Shown: positions 34,401-34,871 of the stretch, piece by piece
Numbering within the stretch: position 1 is the first letter of the stretch
Layout of the letters: each line of letters opens with the position of its first letter
IMG/VR virus record: IMGVR_UViG_2541047758_000018
Origin: a virus
Taxonomy: Duplodnaviria; Heunggongvirae; Uroviricota; Caudoviricetes
Length of the DNA: 34,871 bases
Direction: 5' to 3' (one strand)
Position numbers and translations under genes: made by a program
The notes under the pieces: model-generated
Told to the model about the DNA's origin: nothing
Seen by the model: the letters and a program-made list of their open reading frames with translations, nothing else
Databases searched by the model: none

Positions 34401-34871
34401 CAGGTGCAGGGAGCGCTGGAGCCGCTGTTCCAGCAAAATCCGGTGCTGAAGAAAATCCGCAACGGCGAGCCTGTGACGCAAAGCGAGCTGGATGAACTGG
34501 CTAAACTGGTGCTGATCCAGAACCCTAACGTTGATATCCGGGCACTGAAAGAGTTCTACCCGCAGGCGACCGCCAGCCTGGATAAACTATTGCGTACCAT
34601 CATCGGGATGGACAGCGACGCGGTGGAAGTGCGCTTTGCTCAGTTCGCCGCTGATAACAGCCTGACCAGCCAGCAATTGCGCTTCCTGTCATTGCTGAAA
34701 AACCACATTCGCGATTACGGCACCATTGAAATGCGGCAGCTCTTTGAACAGCCTTTTACGCATATCCACAACGAAGGCGTTACCGGTGTGTTCCCTGATA
34801 TAGAACAGATCGCCCGCCTACAAAAGATAGTCGAAGAGCTGGGTGTTGTGACCGACGCAGCAACGGTATAA
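31458..34871 (+). CDS. hsdR: Type I restriction endonuclease R subunit
   Basis: PD-(D/E)xK nuclease YADYVLWDE...AVVEAKK. Helicase motifs are QATGTGKT, IIADESHR, LTATP and QMIGRGTR. The C-terminal region is of the EcoEI_R_C kind, and there is an N-terminal helical domain of about 130 aa (DUF4145-like). ATG at 31458; the track starts at TTG 31455. The stop is the last base of the window. Confidence 0.92.
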   Translation: MEQSLNFEMLRSQWPELAELACMAERYVHSDPESCLVKLRNYTELMVRWLYRQERLPEGIKANLYDLMNADVFTSMMPEAIIMKMDALRIHGNRAAHGGRIKAKDTYWLLKEAYLLGIWLYVRYAHGNVDDCPKFTLPPLTQSSGRADEKRLEDAIRAQDESRERELALQRALQQEQEKAEHLTQRLNEARARNQHVADILSIDEAETRRRLIDSRLLAADWNVGEGLKNTDQVTQEHPVKEQPTATGDGYADYVLWDEAHKPLAVVEAKKTSVNAEQGRIQARLYADWLEKEYGQRPIIFYTNGYDIWLWDDHKTHGYPPRRVFGFYSKESLQYLIQQRETRLPLNSVPHVKDNEGKAVAGRLYQLETIARVSERFTNKYRQSLIVQATGTGKTRVAIALSKLMIDARWVKRVLFLCDRKELRKQAANAFNQFTNEPLYVVGKSKKADRQNARIYIATYPGMMKIMDHFDVGYFDLIIADESHRSIYNVYGDLFKYFDALQIGLTATPIDMVSKTTFGLFGCEGRIPTANYSLEDAIADNNLVPYEVVTHTTEFLREGIKREKLSDAQIRELEEQGIDPNTLEFDGKALDEAIYNKDTNRYILRNLMENGLKDRDGQLPGKTIIFARNHKHALLLNELFDDMYPQFAGRFCQVIDNYDPRAEQLIDDFKGLDESTNKELTIAISVDMLDTGIDVPEIVNLVFAKPVKSKVKFWQMIGRGTRLCPGLYGYDDNGKPLDKQKFRIFDHWGNFEYHELHTEEAEVTATKSLAQKRFEAWVMLGAAAQRKFDKQAVDLVAHQLREQINALDEKSIAVQEKWHQKAQYSDEKVLRQLSPKTQQDLLSVLAPLMQWLDVRGQSDAMRFDMDILAAQTARYTNPEELDVLWPVIVEKVERLPPHLAQVQQQGPRINQLRDLGWWKQASLEELEDIRIHLRGIMHLMEKDATPKFGSIQVDITEDANLIQTENRKTNIRSIDFKLYRQQVQGALEPLFQQNPVLKKIRNGEPVTQSELDELAKLVLIQNPNVDIRALKEFYPQATASLDKLLRTIIGMDSDAVEVRFAQFAADNSLTSQQLRFLSLLKNHIRDYGTIEMRQLFEQPFTHIHNEGVTGVFPDIEQIARLQKIVEELGVVTDAATV

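Noticed and set aside
31974-34481. Minus-strand ORFs inside hsdR (for example 31974-32606 at 210 aa, and 32724-33110 at 128 aa)
   Set aside because: They lie antisense to a gene with unambiguous helicase and nuclease motifs. Long antisense ORFs are typical of GC-balanced coding DNA, and I recognised no motifs in them.

Overview
This window looks like an Escherichia-type chromosomal island mosaic. It runs from a P4-type integrase gene (1-1260) to a type I restriction R-subunit gene (31458-34871). All calls come from reading the sequence and the ORF track by eye; no database search was run, so family names are motif-based recollections.

Five blocks are visible.

(A) 1-10.4 kb is a P4/PICI-like satellite backbone. 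It carries int, one AT-rich cargo gene, AlpA, an AntA-like protein, a P4-immunity-like leader region, an Icd-like gene, seven small coupled ORFs and a zinc-ribbon/Toprim/DUF927-type primase-helicase. An iteron-type origin candidate and a terminator follow the primase-helicase gene.

(B) 10.46-15.41 kb is a podovirus-style ejection-protein module: a small RHH protein, a 153-aa protein, a Gly-rich protein, a Gln-rich protein and an SLT-domain protein. A complete 1250-bp IS911 cuts it off.

(C) 16.7-22.5 kb resembles a CP4-57/CP4-6-like remnant. It has 1.37 kb of ORF-free AT-rich DNA with short repeat arrays, three diverged YagK/YfjJ (inovirus Gp2-like) genes and a second AlpA with a coupled Cys-rich mini-ORF. 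It also has a FinO/ProQ-domain gene and an H-NS paralogue.

(D) 22.9-30.0 kb is an AT-rich accessory, defence-like block. It contains a dGTPase-family HD enzyme plus a 4-TM protein, and a complete 1258-bp IS3. After the IS3 come a thymidylate-synthase-fold enzyme coupled to a 314-aa unknown protein, a HigB-like ORF with an HTH-ImmA/IrrE fusion, and a small MazG-like NTP pyrophosphohydrolase.

(E) An ISL3-family remnant abuts hsdR.

The best candidate for an undescribed system is the operon at 26298-28219. Its thymidylate-synthase-fold enzyme has Asp where ThyA has the uracil-specifying Asn. The neighbouring regulator/TA-like pair and the MazG-like gene may belong to it. No CRISPR array, rRNA or tRNA was seen. 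Neither complete IS element has a target-site duplication, so the block junctions are probably rearrangement scars.
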